This document shows, one piece after another, positions 10,310 through 21,305 of a stretch of 64,000 bases of DNA. Each line of letters opens with the position of its first letter. The first letter of the stretch is position 1. The stretch is from positions 64,001 through 128,000 of the forward strand of contig CAWGED010000014.1 of the NCBI GenBank assembly GCA_963821525.1, given 5' to 3'. Made by a program: the position numbers and the translations under genes. The notes beneath the pieces are model-generated. The model saw only the letters and a list, made by a program, of their open reading frames with translations, was not told the DNA's origin and did not search any database. The DNA comes from an uncultured Gemmatimonadales bacterium (GTDB lineage: Bacteria > Gemmatimonadota > Gemmatimonadetes > Gemmatimonadales > GWC2-71-9).

Positions 10310-13300
10310 GTGTGGCCGGATTCGCGGCCCGCCACCGGGCTGCGGTCTATCTCGCGGTCGTCCTCCTTGCACTTGGCGGGGTGTATTCTCTCGTCACCCT
10401 TCCCGCCGGCACCTATCCCGAGGCCATCTTCCCCCGCATCGTCGATCATCGCGCCGGGTAGGCACCTTCGAACCGCGGGACATGGTGGTGGCAGTCACCC
10501 GCCCGCTCGAAGAGGAACTGTCGGGCGTCATCGATCTCCGGCGGATTCAGAGCCGTACCGTGCGCGGGGCGACGGAGCTGAGTCTCGACTTCCGCTCGGG
10601 CGCCGATATGCAGTTTGCCCTGCAGCAGGTGCAGGGCCGCCTCGCCATACTCCAGCCGGAATTGCCTGCCGGCGTTCACGTTTTCGCCGAGCGGCTCACC
10701 CCATCGGTCTTCCCGATGATGCAGTTCGAGCTGACTGGTGGGGATCCCATCCTGCTTCGTGACTTGGCGCAGTACACCATTCGGCCTCGACTCGCGCGGC
10801 TTCCGGACGTGGGCAGAGGTCGAAGTGCAGGGAGGGCTGGTTCGCGAAGTCTCAGTCGTGCTCGACCCGGCGCGCCTGGTGAGCCACCGTATCGGCGCCA
10901 AGGAAGTTGCGGACCGGATCCTCGACGCCAATGTGGTCGAGGCGACGGGTCGGGTGGATCGGGAGTATCGCCAGCTCAGCGTGATCGTTTCCGGTCTGGC
11001 GGCGACCGCCGATGCGGTTGGCGCGCTCGTGGTAAGACGGGATCGCGACTACCCGGTGCGGGTGTCCGACCTGGGCAGCGTCCGGTACGGGGCGCAAGAT
11101 CAGTTCCAGATCGCAACGGGGAATGGACAACCGGCGGCCCTGATCAATGTCTCCCGCCAGCCGGCGGGAAATATTCTCCGAGTAGAACGTGCCGTCATCG
11201 CGATGGCCGATTCACTCCGCCATGATCCTCCCCGCCAAGGTGAAGCTCGAGTCGGTGTACAATCAGGGCGAGCTGGTCCGCTCATCCATTGGCAACGTAC
11301 GGGACGCGATGATTGTGGGCGGTGTGCTCGCAGTAATCGTGCTGCTGCTCTTTCTCCATCAGCCCGTCGTCACTGTCGCCGCTGCCCTGACCCTGCCCGT
11401 CACGATTCTCGGGACCTTCGCCGGTCTTCGCCTCTTCGGTGATTCGCTCAATCTCATGTCCCTGGGCGGTCTCGCCGTGGCGGTAGGGCTCATCATAGAT
11501 GATGCCGTCGTGGTCGTCGAGAACATCGAGCGTCGTCTCGTACAACGGAGAGACGATCCGCCGGCGCAGGTGATCCAGCAGGCGACGGATGAGATCCTGG
11601 CGCCGGTCGCAGGGTCGACGTTGACCACTGTGGTCGTGTTCGCCCCCCTCGCTCTGCTCGAGGGTGTAGTCGGCCAGTTCTTCCGATCGTTCGCGCTAGC
11701 GCTCACCATCGCGGTTCTCCTCTCGCTCGCGCTCGCGGTTCTTCTCATCCCGCTCCTGACCACCCAATGGGTCGAGCGGCAACTGCGATCGGGGAAGGCT
11801 GCGCGAACCCGGGTCGAGACACCGCGGATCGCGCGGCTGGAGAACTGGTACGTCAACACGTGCCGGCGCGGCATTTCAGCGGCCGCGGGCTGGCCCTGGC
11901 CGGCGCAGGATTACTCGTGCTGCTCGCCTTCGGACTCTGGCAAGTCGTCGGCACCGGTTTTCTCCCCCAGATGGACGAAGGAGGCTTCATTCTCGACTAC
12001 TGGACTCCTACCGGCAGCTCGCTGGCCGAGACCGACCGGCAGCTCCATCGCATCGAAGGCATCCTCAAGGAGGATTCCGACGTCGAGCGGTTCACCCGGC
12101 GCACCGGTCTCGAGCTGGGATTCTTCGCTACCGCGCCCAATACCGGCGATATGACGGTGCAATTGCGTCCCAGGAGAGACCGTGCCTCGGTCTACCAGGT
12201 GATCGACCGGTTGCGTACCCGGATCGAGACCGAGCTTCCCGCGGTCCGGGTGGAGTTCATCCAGATCATTGCAGGATCTCCTCGGCGACTTGACCGGGCT
12301 CGCCGGAGCCGGTGGAGATCAAGCTCTTTCATCCTCAGGTACGGGTCGCCGAAGCGGCAGGCGCAAACCGTAGCGGGAGCGATCGAAGGTGTGCCGGGCC
12401 TGGAGGACCTGTTCGACGGCGTAACCGGTGACATCCCTTCGGTCCGGGTGGACCTCGATCCGGTCCGGGTCAGCCGGCTGGGACTCACCCCAGCCGACGC
12501 GGTCGCCCAGGTGCACGCCGCACTATTCGGAGAGGAAGCCGGTGCCGTACGGGAACCGGATCGGCTGGTCCCGATTCGGGTCCGGGTGTCGGACAGCGTC
12601 CGATTCAATCCGGCCGTCGCGCGAACTCTGCCAATCATCGGACCCAACGGGTGGGCGCCTCTCGGCGGATTGGGCACCGTGGCGGACAGCTCGGATGTGA
12701 GCGAGCTGTGGCGGGAAAACCTCCGGCCGATGGTTATGGTGACCGGTGCGGTCGATCCGGAAACCTCCAACCTTGGCCACGTGATGCGGGAGATTCGGAA
12801 CAAGCTTGCAGGGGTAGCCCTCCCCCCCGGTGTCTCGCTCGAATACGGTGGGCAATACGCCGGACAGCGTGAGTCGTTTCGTCAGCTGCTGCTCGTGCTG
12901 GGACTCGCGATCGGCATCGTGCTGCTGGTGATGGTCGGGCAGTTCGGCCAGTTCCGGGCTCCGCTTGCCATCCTGGTGGCCGCGTCCCTCGGGCTCACGG
13001 GCGCACTGCTCGCGCTGGTCATCACGGGAATGCCGTTCAATGTGTCGAGCTTCATGGGGCTGATCCTGCTGGTAGGACTCATCGTGAAGAACGGAATCAT
13101 CCTGTTCGATGCGGCCCAGAGGATCCGACGGACCGGGGCCACGCCAGAGGAGGCGCTTCGGGAGGCCGGTCGGCTCCGTCTCCGGCCGATCTTGATGACG
13201 ACACTCTGCACGCTGGCCGGTCTGCTTCCTCTCGCGTTCGGCATCGGCTCCGGTGCCGAGCTTCAGCAGCCGCTCGCCATCGCAGTGATCGGCGGGCTGA

Positions 13301-13410
13301 CTCTGTCCACGGTAATCACTCTGGTGCTGTTGCCGGCGGGGCTGCTTGGGGTCGGGGCCCTTGGGCGGAAAAGCGGGAACGGGGAACAGGGAACGGGGAA
13401 CGGGGGGTAG
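10306..13410 (+). CDS. RND permease (CusA/CzcA/AcrB family); several frameshifts, probably sequencing indels
   Basis: LNLMSLGGLAVAVGLIIDDAVVVVENI, FLPQMDEG, LRLRPILMTT, QPLAIAVIGGL across frames. Confidence 0.88.
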
Positions 13411-13470
13411 GAGGCAGTGAAGCTGTACAACCACCTCATCCCGAGTTCCCGTTCCCTTTTCCCGCTTTTC
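13368..13470. repeat. heptamer inverted element (GGGAACG/A x4, loop, GTTCCC-type arm)
   Basis: Left arm 13368-13407 overlaps the RND C-terminus; right arm 13440-13470. Confidence 0.8.
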
Positions 13471-13520
13471 TCACCCCTCTACCTTCAGAGTGTCGTGAAC
13501 CTGCGCCTCTGGAGACCGAA

Positions 13521-13976
13521 ATGAAAGCGTCTGCAACCTATACCGTGAAAAAGTGGGAGGAGAAGCCGTACGACGATATCTCCTCCGAGATGAAAATGAC
13601 GCGTGCCTCTGTCGAGTACGCGCTCGACGGCGAGATCAAGGGCAAGGCCGCGGTCGAATACCTGATGTTCTACAGCCACTTCGACGCCCAGGACCAGCAC
13701 AAGGCCGCGGCCGAGTACGTGGGACTGGTGCGCTTCAACGGTGCAGTGGGCGGGAAGTCAGGAAGTTTCGTGATGCAGGATACCGGGAGCTTCGAACAGG
13801 GAACCGCGAGCTCGGCCTTGCAGGTCGTCGAGCACTCCGGAACCGGAGAGCTGAAGGGGATCAAGGGTAAGGGAAGCTACCGGGCGAACAAGGAAGGGTT
13901 TCGGTTTGAGGTGGAGTACATCTGTGAATTGAGATGTCAGATTGAAGATTGCAGATTGAGAAGAGGTACTGTTTAG
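13521..13976 (+). CDS. DUF3224 family protein
   Basis: EYLMFY, YVGLVRFNG, GKSGSFV, SGTGELKGIKGKG; the C-terminus reads into a repeat element and the real stop may be near 13927. Confidence 0.75.
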   Translation: MKASATYTVKKWEEKPYDDISSEMKMTRASVEYALDGEIKGKAAVEYLMFYSHFDAQDQHKAAAEYVGLVRFNGAVGGKSGSFVMQDTGSFEQGTASSALQVVEHSGTGELKGIKGKGSYRANKEGFRFEVEYICELRCQIEDCRLRRGTV

Positions 13977-14030
13977 TCGCACCTCCTCACCAATCTAGCA
14001 ATCTTCAATCCTCAATCCGCAATCCCCATC
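13926..14030. repeat. heptamer inverted element (GATTGAA family)
   Basis: GATGTCA GATTGAA GATTGCA GATTGAG ... TTCAATC CTCAATC CGCAATC between convergent genes. Confidence 0.85.
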
Positions 14031-14031
14031 C

Positions 14032-14611
14032 TCAGCTCCCCGCCGTCACCGGAATCTTCACCCTCGTCGTCTCCCACTCCAACACCAGGAAGCCCGGTTC
14101 CGATGCGATGGTGAACATCTCGACCGGGGTCTTCAGCGCCTCGGGCTTCACCTTGCCGCGGCCGAGTTCCTGGGCCTTGACCGCATCGGTGTAGGTGTGC
14201 TCTTCGCCCCACTGGGTGATCGACTTGTTCACGATCACTTCCCACTCACCGGCATTGGGCACGGTGTACAACGAGTAGGAGCCCGCGGGAACCTTGATGC
14301 CCGCCACGACCAGCGGTCCGCTGGTGTGAATCATGGTCGGCTCGTTGGCACCGGTGCGCCAGAGCTTCCCATACGGCACATCGTCTCCGCCCAGCATGTG
14401 GCGGCCGCGCAGCGAGGGCCGGCCATAGCAGACCTTTACGTCCGAGGAGCCCACATTGAAGCTGAGCGAATCGAGCGGACTCTTCCGAGTGGCCAGAGGC
14501 AGCTTTTCGGTGTTCATCGTGATGCAGGCCAGCGGTGCGGGAGCAGGCCGGGCGGGTGAAACGGTCAGGGCGTGACAGGGCGGTCAGGGCGGTCAACGCT
14601 AGAAACGGCAT
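14032..14611 (-). CDS. DUF2911 family secreted protein (one frameshift in the signal region)
   Basis: YGRPSLRGR, VPYGKLWRTGANEPT, GSYSLYTVP; signal peptide MPFLALTALTAL in the adjacent frame. Confidence 0.8.
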
Positions 14612-14663
14612 AGAATCCTCTGGTTCGTGTACAGGGTGATCGCTGCTTCAGTCTTCTGCTATC

Positions 14664-14696
14664 CTAGGTACTCGGTACCCGGTACTCGGTACTTAG
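14664..14696. repeat. heptamer array (GGTACTC family) at the purK stop
   Basis: CTAGGTACTCGGTACCCGGTACTCGGTACTTAG. Confidence 0.75.
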
Positions 14697-15816
14697 TTCT
14701 TCAGCCTTTCCTTCGCCGCATGCGCTGCCTCCAGGGCCTCGCCCGGCGTGGCCGCCAGAACGGTCAGGTGCCCCATCTTGCGGCCGGGACGGGGTTCCTT
14801 CTTCCCGTAGAGATGCAGCTTCACGCGGGGATCCGCGAGGGCGCGGGCCCAGCGAGGCTCGCCATGGACCCACAGGTCACCCAGCAGATTGACCATCGCG
14901 ACAGGAGAGAGCAAGGTCGGTTCTCCGAGGGGCAGACCCGCCAGTGCACGCACCTGCTCCTCGAACTGATCGGTCACGCAGGCATCAAGGGTATAATGAC
15001 CGCTGTTGTGGGGGCGTGGGGCCATCTCGTTCACCAGCAGCTCACCGTCGCTCACGAAGAACTCGACCGCCATCGTCCCCACATATCCCATCGCCTGAGC
15101 CAGGCTCGCGGCCATTTCCTGCGCCTTCTTACTCAACGAAGAATCAATACGTGCCGGGACGACGCTGGTCTCCAGGATACCAGCGACATGGCGGTTCTCG
15201 GCGACGGGGAAAGTTACGGTCGCCCCATCTTCGCCACGCGCCAGCACGACGGAGACCTCGGTATCGAGTTTCACCCGCCGCTCCAGGATGCACGGCTGAT
15301 TCCCGAACTCGGCAAACCATCGGCGCAGCTCTTCCAGGCCGTTTACCGGGGCCTGCCCTTTCCCATCGTACCCCAAACGGTTGGTCTTGAGGAGGGCAGG
15401 GGGGCCGACCGAGGTGTAGGCCGCTGCAAAGTCGCTCTCGGAAGAAATGGCGTAGAACCCTGCGGTGAGGAGGCCATGCTTCCGCGCAAAGGTCTTCTCG
15501 GTGACCCGATCCTGAGTCAGTGCCACTGCCTCGGGCCCAGGGCGCACCGGGCAAAAGCGTCGCAGATATTCGAGACTCGCTGCGGGAACGTTCTCGAATT
15601 CGGTCGTGACGGCAGCCGCCGCTTCTCCCAGCTGCCTCAGGCCGCCTCGTCCTGATAAGCGGCCTGAATGTGCCGGTTGGCGAGAGTTCCCGCGGGGCTG
15701 AGTTGATCTGGATCAAGGACGACTATTTCATATCCCATTCGGCGAGCCGCGGCCGTGAACATCCTTCCCAGTTGGCCGCCCCCGAGCAATCCGAGGGTGG
15801 CCCCGGGAGAAATCAC
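14693..15816 (-). CDS. purK: N5-CAIR synthase; frameshift near 15640, probably a sequencing indel
   Basis: N-terminal [13 protein letters not shown] from GTG 15816; [32 protein letters not shown]. Confidence 0.93.
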
Positions 15817-16307
15817 TTGGGCTCCGGAAGCTTGAGGCCCATCACCTTCTCAGTCTGGGAGGCGCGGAACTGATCGAGCCTGGAGGCGAGTGCGGGGTCC
15901 CGGCGGGCGAGGATCGCGACGGCGAAGAGGCCGGCGTTCTTGGCTCCGGCTTCTCCGATGGCAAACGTCGCAACCGGAATTCCGCCCGGCATCTGCACGA
16001 TCGAGAGCAGCGAGTCCAGTCCGTTGAGGTGCTTCGAGGCGACCGGGACCCCCAGCACCGGGAGCGTGGTTTTCGCGGCGAGCATTCCTGGCAGGTGTGC
16101 AGCGCCGCCAGCTCCAGCTATGATGCATTGCAGCCCCCGGCCGGCGGCCTCCTCCGCGTAGCGGTAGAGCAGGTCCGGCGTGCGGTGCGCCGAGACTACT
16201 TTTCGTTCGTGGGGGACGCCGAAACCCTCGAGTTGGGTTGCGGCGTGCTGCATGGTATCCCAGTCCGAATCGCTGCCCATCACGATGCCGACCAAGGGCT
16301 TCGTCAT
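15813..16307 (-). CDS. purE: N5-CAIR mutase
   Basis: [37 protein letters not shown]. Confidence 0.96.
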   Translation of the reverse strand: MTKPLVGIVMGSDSDWDTMQHAATQLEGFGVPHERKVVSAHRTPDLLYRYAEEAAGRGLQCIIAGAGGAAHLPGMLAAKTTLPVLGVPVASKHLNGLDSLLSIVQMPGGIPVATFAIGEAGAKNAGLFAVAILARRDPALASRLDQFRASQTEKVMGLKLPEPK

Positions 16308-16356
16308 CTGTGTCTCGGGGATCGGGTTGCGGTTCCGCGGCTGGGAGTAGGATAAC

Positions 16357-16392
16357 CGTCATACCGCTGTCATCCAACCCATCTACTATACT
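16357..16392 (+). promoter_or_regulatory. OmpR/PhoB-type tandem box plus -10, upstream of the response regulator
   Basis: CGTCAT (16357) and TGTCAT (16368) with 11-nt period; TACTAT/TATACT at 16384-16392. Confidence 0.55.
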
Positions 16393-16398
16393 TTCTTC

Positions 16399-17088
16399 AT
16401 GCGCCTTCTTGTCGTCGAGGATGATCCCGCCCTGGGCGAGTTCCTGGTCAGGGTGCTTCAGGAAGCGGCCTGGGCCGCCGACCTCGCCGTGACCGGAGCA
16501 GCAGCGCTTACCTTGCTCGCGGTCAACGAATACGATCTCGTCATTCTGGATATCGGGCTCCCCGGAGAAGATGGGTTCTCCGTCTGCCGCTCTTTCCGGG
16601 CCCGAGGCGGCACCACTCCCATTCTGATGCTTACTGCGCGCGACGCCTTGGCCGATCGCGTCACCGGCCTCGACGCAGGCGCGGATGATTACCTCGCCAA
16701 GCCGTTCGCGGTCGAAGAGCTGCTTGCCCGGCTGCGCGCGCTGGCGCGGCGCCCCAAGCCTGCCCTCGATGTGCAGCTGCGCTTCGCCGACTTGGAGCTG
16801 GTCCCCGCCGAGCGGGTGGCTCGTCGAGGAGAGAGGGTGCTGAGCCTGACTCACCGGGAGTACGCGCTCCTTGAGCACCTGCTTCGCCATCCCCGGCGGG
16901 TTCAGACCCGCTCCCGTATCCTGGAACACGTCTGGGACGACAACTTCGATCCGGTGGGGAATGTGGTCGAGGTTCTCATCGCGCGGTTGCGCCGCAAGGT
17001 CGATGCACCTGGCTTCGCCCCTCTCATCCACACGGTCCGCGGCGCGGGCTACGTCCTGACGGATACCCCAACAGCCGATGTTTCGTAG
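16399..17088 (+). CDS. OmpR-family response regulator (CusR/CzcR-like)
   Basis: LVVEDD, LDIGLP, GADDYLAKPF, winged helix NVVEVLIARLRRK, IHTVRGAGY. Confidence 0.93.
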   Translation: MRLLVVEDDPALGEFLVRVLQEAAWAADLAVTGAAALTLLAVNEYDLVILDIGLPGEDGFSVCRSFRARGGTTPILMLTARDALADRVTGLDAGADDYLAKPFAVEELLARLRALARRPKPALDVQLRFADLELVPAERVARRGERVLSLTHREYALLEHLLRHPRRVQTRSRILEHVWDDNFDPVGNVVEVLIARLRRKVDAPGFAPLIHTVRGAGYVLTDTPTADVS

Positions 17089-18450
17089 CCGGCTCCGGCT
17101 TCGGCTGGCTGGCTGGTTTGCGCTGGCCATCCTCCTCGGCCTGGCCGTGCTCGACCTCGGCCTCTTCACCGCCCTTCGCCGGGTTGCCGACCGCCAGCTG
17201 AGCGTCGAGGTGTTGACCGCCGCTCGCGGCTTGCGACTGGCGGTCAGGCGGGAAGCGGGAGATCAACAGCACTTCACCCTCGACGAAGCGGCGAAGGAAG
17301 CGCTCTCGGAGTGGCCCCCGGGGCACGAGGGCTTGGCATCTTTTCGCCCGACGGTAACATGATCGGGAAGCGCGGTCCCAAGGGACTGCTCGCCGCCGTA
17401 CCTCCACTAGACTCGCTGCCTCCTCCGGAACGGATTCTCGAGCTGCCTCTCAAAGTCGAGGGCAGTGCACGTATGGCGGCGGCGCGGGAAACCGGTGACT
17501 CCGGCTTCGTGGTGGTGGCCGTGGCTTCGACAGCCGAGTTGAAGTCACAGCTGGAGACATTAGCGTGGCTTCTCCTTCTCAGTGTTCCGTTAGTGCTGGT
17601 GATTTCGCTGCCGGCGGGATATTTCCTTGCTCAGCGGGCGCTGGCGCCGTTTCAGTCGCTCTCGGACGAGCTCGAGAGTATTCAACCTGGTGTACTCGAG
17701 CGCCGGCTGCCGATCGCCGAGCCGCCCGATGAGCTGGATCACCTGGCACAGCAGGTCAACTCCCTCCTCGACCGGCTCGCCGGCTCACAGCGGCAGACCC
17801 GGAAATTTCTCGCCCAGGCCGCCCACCAGCTTCGCACTCCGCTGACCCTGATCCGGGGCGAGAGCGACCTGGCGATCGATCGTCCCCGGAGTCCGGAGGC
17901 GCTCCGCGCGGCACTGGATCGCGTGAATCTGGCCTCTCAGCAGATGAGCCGGCGGGTGGATGAACTCTTCCTCCTCGCGCGGGCCGAGGCCGGTGAAGCC
18001 CTGGCGCGCCCGGAGGCGGTTGAGCTGGACGCCGTCGCGATCGAAGCCGCCGATCTCATGCGGGGACGGGCCCATGCGCTGGGACGTAAGATCTCGCTGG
18101 GGCCGATGGCGAGCGTGGAGGTCCTGGGAGACGGTTCTCTGCTACGGGAAGCGGCAGTGGAGCTGGTGGAAAATGCCTGCCGGCACGGCGCCGCGAGCGA
18201 GCCGGTGGACATTGCCGTGACCGAACACGACAGCACCGCCTGTCTGCGGGTTACGAGTGCCGGTCCGCCGATCTCGGAAAACCTCCTCCATCGCGGATCC
18301 GAGGACGACTCGAGCCGGGGGATTGGTCTCTCAGTGGTTCGCTGGATTGCGACTGCCCACGGCGGAAAGCTGGACTATGTCCAGGAGGCCGGGCGCAATG
18401 TGATGGTGATGTGCCTGCCGCGTAGTCAGCCGCTAGCTGTTAGCCGTTAG
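17078..18450 (+). CDS. sensor histidine kinase (HAMP-HisKA-HATPase); frameshift near 17340
   Basis: Two TM segments, AAHQLRTPLT H-box, ENACRH, GIGLS. Confidence 0.88.
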
Positions 18451-18569
18451 CTGTTAGCTGTTAGCCAAGGCCGTAAGCCATTAGCCCTAAGCCAGAAGCG
18501 CGAGAGCTTACGGCTTAGGGCTCCGTACTCGGTACTAACTAGGTACTCGGTACTAGGTACTAGGTACTT
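18428..18569. repeat. composite heptamer array (TTAGCTG, TAAGCC-type hairpin, GGTACTA/C)
   Basis: Three repeat types abut between the convergent kinase and aquaporin stops. Confidence 0.8.
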
Positions 18570-19191
18570 CTTGAATCTTGTACACGACCGCCGCCAACGC
18601 CCCTCCCACGAACGGCCCCACCAGGTACAGCCACCAGCTCGCGAAGGACCCTCCGCCGAGCAACGCGTGAACCACGGTTATGCCGGTTCCTACGGCGGGA
18701 TTGAACGCGCCACCGGAAATGCCTCCGCCGGCAAACGCGGCGACCACGATGGTAAATCCAATGGCCAGGCCGTAGAACGAATTGCCCTTCACGTCGGGAT
18801 GGGTCGCGACGTTGAGCACGACGAGCGCCAGGGCGAAGGTGAAGAGAATCTCGACCAGGAGTGCCGCCACCACGCTTGCGTTCGCCGAGGGGGCGATCGG
18901 GATCGTGCGTCCGAAGATCACCGAGGAGAGATACGCCGCAACGATTGCACCGAGCACCTGGGCCACCACGTAGGGGATGAAGTCCTTCCCCGGCATCTTC
19001 CCTCGGAGCAGCACCGCGAGGGACACCGCCGGGTTGTAGTGCCCGCCGGAAATGTGGCCTCCCATGTACACCATGACCATCAGCGAGCAACCGATCGCGA
19101 GCGGCGCCATGGGGACCTCGCCGGTCACGGTGAGGCAGACGGTGAACACGAGGAAGAACGTGCCGATGAACTCCGTGACGAGATTGCGCAT
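18553..19191 (-). CDS. MIP family channel (aquaporin)
   Basis: SGGHYNPAVS and SGGAFNPAVG (two NPA boxes). Confidence 0.93.
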   Translation of the reverse strand: MRNLVTEFIGTFFLVFTVCLTVTGEVPMAPLAIGCSLMVMVYMGGHISGGHYNPAVSLAVLLRGKMPGKDFIPYVVAQVLGAIVAAYLSSVIFGRTIPIAPSANASVVAALLVEILFTFALALVVLNVATHPDVKGNSFYGLAIGFTIVVAAFAGGGISGGAFNPAVGTGITVVHALLGGGSFASWWLYLVGPFVGGALAAVVYKIQEVPST

Positions 19192-19276
19192 GGTTGTCCT
19201 CGGTGGTCGGGGAACGGGAGGCAGCGCCGATAATCAGTGGGCCACGAGGGGATTTGGCAAGAGCGGGGAGGGGGAT

Positions 19277-19352
19277 GGTAATTGGTAATTGGTAATCGAT
19301 AATTGGTAATTGGTCATTGCCAATTACAAATTGCAAATTATCAATTACCAAT
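19277..19352. repeat. heptamer inverted element (GGTAATT / AATTACC)
   Basis: About 6 GGTAATT-like units followed by AATTACA/AATTATC/AATTACC; AT-rich in a GC-rich context. Confidence 0.85.
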
Positions 19353-19832
19353 CACCTTCTCTCCTTCTGATACGTCCCCATCAGCTCGCAGCTCACCACC
19401 ACGTGACCTTCCATGCTGGCGAGCAGTTTGGCACGGCTCGGCTGGCCGAGGTCGGGTAAGACGAGGTCGAGGGCGAAGAGCCGGAAGTAGTAGCGATGCC
19501 GGCCGATCGGTGGGCAGGGCCCGCCATAGCCGGTTCGTTTCCAGTCGTTGGTTCCCTCGCGAGTTCCCTGAGGCAGATCGGCTGCCTTGGTTCCTTCCGC
19601 GCAGCGTGCCGTCACTCGCCGGGAGATTGTACAGCACCCAGTGGGTCCAGATCGTCTTGGGCGCAGCGGGATCGGGAGCGTCTGGATCGTCTACGATGAG
19701 AGCCAGGCTCCTGGTATCTCCGGGAACACCGCTCCAGGAGAGCGGCGGGCTGATGTTCTTGCCCTCGCAGGTGTATTGAGCGGGGATACTGCTCTGATTG
19801 GAAAAGGCCTTGGAAGTGAGGGTGAGAGACAT
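19352..19832 (-). CDS. YbhB/YbcL (PEBP) family protein; one frameshift near 19600
   Basis: DDPDAP, THWVLYN, GYGGPCPPIGRHRY. Confidence 0.85.
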
Positions 19833-19839
19833 AGTCCAA

Positions 19840-20223
19840 CTACTCGATCTTGAAATGGGGATTCTGGATCACGCCGAGGATATTGCCGAATGGGTCACGC
19901 ACGGCACCGATCTTGATCTCGCCGCCGACGTCGGCCACCTTCTCGAAGTCGGTCGCCCCGAGTGAGATCAGCCTGCGATACGCGGCCTCGGCATCGGCGA
20001 CGCCCCAGTATGCAATTCCTGCCTCGGGTCGTTCCTTCGGCGCATCGGCCTCGGGTGTGATACCCAGCTCAAAGCCACCCACATTGAATCCGACATAGAA
20101 GGGCTCATCGAAGTACGGCTTGCTCTCCAGCACCTTCGAATACCACGCCTTCGCGGCGGCAATGTCAGGAGCGGAGTACTTGGCGGTACGGAGGCCCACG
20201 AAGGCGGTGTTGGACTGCGGCAT
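19840..20223 (-). CDS. VOC/glyoxalase family protein
   Basis: AKAWYS, PYFDEPFYVGFNVGG, DPFGNILG. Confidence 0.85.
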   Translation of the reverse strand: MPQSNTAFVGLRTAKYSAPDIAAAKAWYSKVLESKPYFDEPFYVGFNVGGFELGITPEADAPKERPEAGIAYWGVADAEAAYRRLISLGATDFEKVADVGGEIKIGAVRDPFGNILGVIQNPHFKIE

Positions 20224-20246
20224 GGCGACTGCTCCTGCGAAAGCGG

Positions 20247-20663
20247 TCAATAGGTTGCCCAGACACCCGGTGTCGCCAGTTCCACCGAATGACCATCGGG
20301 GTCGCGAAAGTAAATGCTTTCTCCTCCTCGGCTCCAGCGCACTCGGCTCTCGATCGCGATGCCATGCTCGGCGAGCGTCTTCTCCCACGCCGGAAGATCG
20401 TCCCGCCCGATCGCAAAGGCGACGTGAATCGGGCCGTGGCCATCATGGGGAGGGATCCAGCCTGAAGGTGTCTCCGCTCCGCTCGTGGTGGCGCCGCGAT
20501 GAAAGAGCAGGAGGACGGTTCCTTGCCCCGCGTCGAGCGACACCAGCCTGCTCCCCTCGTCGAGCACTTTGAGTCCCATCAGTCCGGAATAGAATCGCTT
20601 CGCTCGCTCCAGGTCATCCGAATAGAGCGCGGTCTCCAGCACCCGAGTGAGGGCAGGGGGCAT
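20247..20663 (-). CDS. VOC/glyoxalase family protein
   Basis: LETALY, HVAF, SIYFRDPDGHSVEL. Confidence 0.88.
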   Translation of the reverse strand: MPPALTRVLETALYSDDLERAKRFYSGLMGLKVLDEGSRLVSLDAGQGTVLLLFHRGATTSGAETPSGWIPPHDGHGPIHVAFAIGRDDLPAWEKTLAEHGIAIESRVRWSRGGESIYFRDPDGHSVELATPGVWATY

Positions 20664-20675
20664 GGTTCGCTCGGC

Positions 20676-21305
20676 TCAGTAGGAATTCTCGCGAAGCTCC
20701 GCCACGGCAGTCTCCAGGTTCTGGCGCGCCTGCGTCTCGTATTTGCGGCGGAACGGGCCGGTCAGGTAGATCGCCGGCCGGGCGAGGAATCCTTCGAGGA
20801 TCTGTAGCCGGGCCTCCCGGAAATCCGGTTCCGGTACCCAGGCATACTCCTGGCGGATCTGCCGGTCGTAGACCTGGAAGCGTTCGGGCGGCGCGCCGAG
20901 GATGGTGAGATCGATGTCTGCGACGAGGGCAGCATCACCCCGGATCGAACTGCTGTCGTGGCGGGTCGCGAGGATCAGGTCATTGATTCGGCTGGCAGAG
21001 GTAGGCGACCCACCGGATGATACCACGACCTCTCTCGCCCAACGCGCGCTCTCTTCTTCATTGTCACTCGCGCGGGTGTCGTAGATCGCGTCGTGAAACC
21101 AGAGCGCCAGGAGCACCTCGGCCGGATACCGGGCCAGGCCATGCACCTCGTCGAATCGCCGGAAGCAGTCCTTCAGGTGCTCCACGTTGTGGTAAGCGCG
21201 GTGCGGCTCCGAGTAACGGCCAAGTAGCTCGGCCAGTACCCGGGGCTCGGGATTGCCGGAGCCCAGATTGAACCAGGCCCCCTTCCAGCGCTCCTCAAGT
21301 TCCAT
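20676..21305 (-). CDS. HD-superfamily predicted metal-dependent phosphohydrolase
   Basis: YSEPHRAYH, WFHDAIYD, NEEESA, DIDLTILG. Confidence 0.8.
   Translation of the reverse strand: MELEERWKGAWFNLGSGNPEPRVLAELLGRYSEPHRAYHNVEHLKDCFRRFDEVHGLARYPAEVLLALWFHDAIYDTRASDNEEESARWAREVVVSSGGSPTSASRINDLILATRHDSSSIRGDAALVADIDLTILGAPPERFQVYDRQIRQEYAWVPEPDFREARLQILEGFLARPAIYLTGPFRRKYETQARQNLETAVAELRENSY

Noticed and set aside
15630..15650. TGA in the purK frame as selenocysteine
   Set aside because: Homology continues in another frame ([17 protein letters not shown]), so it is an indel and not read-through
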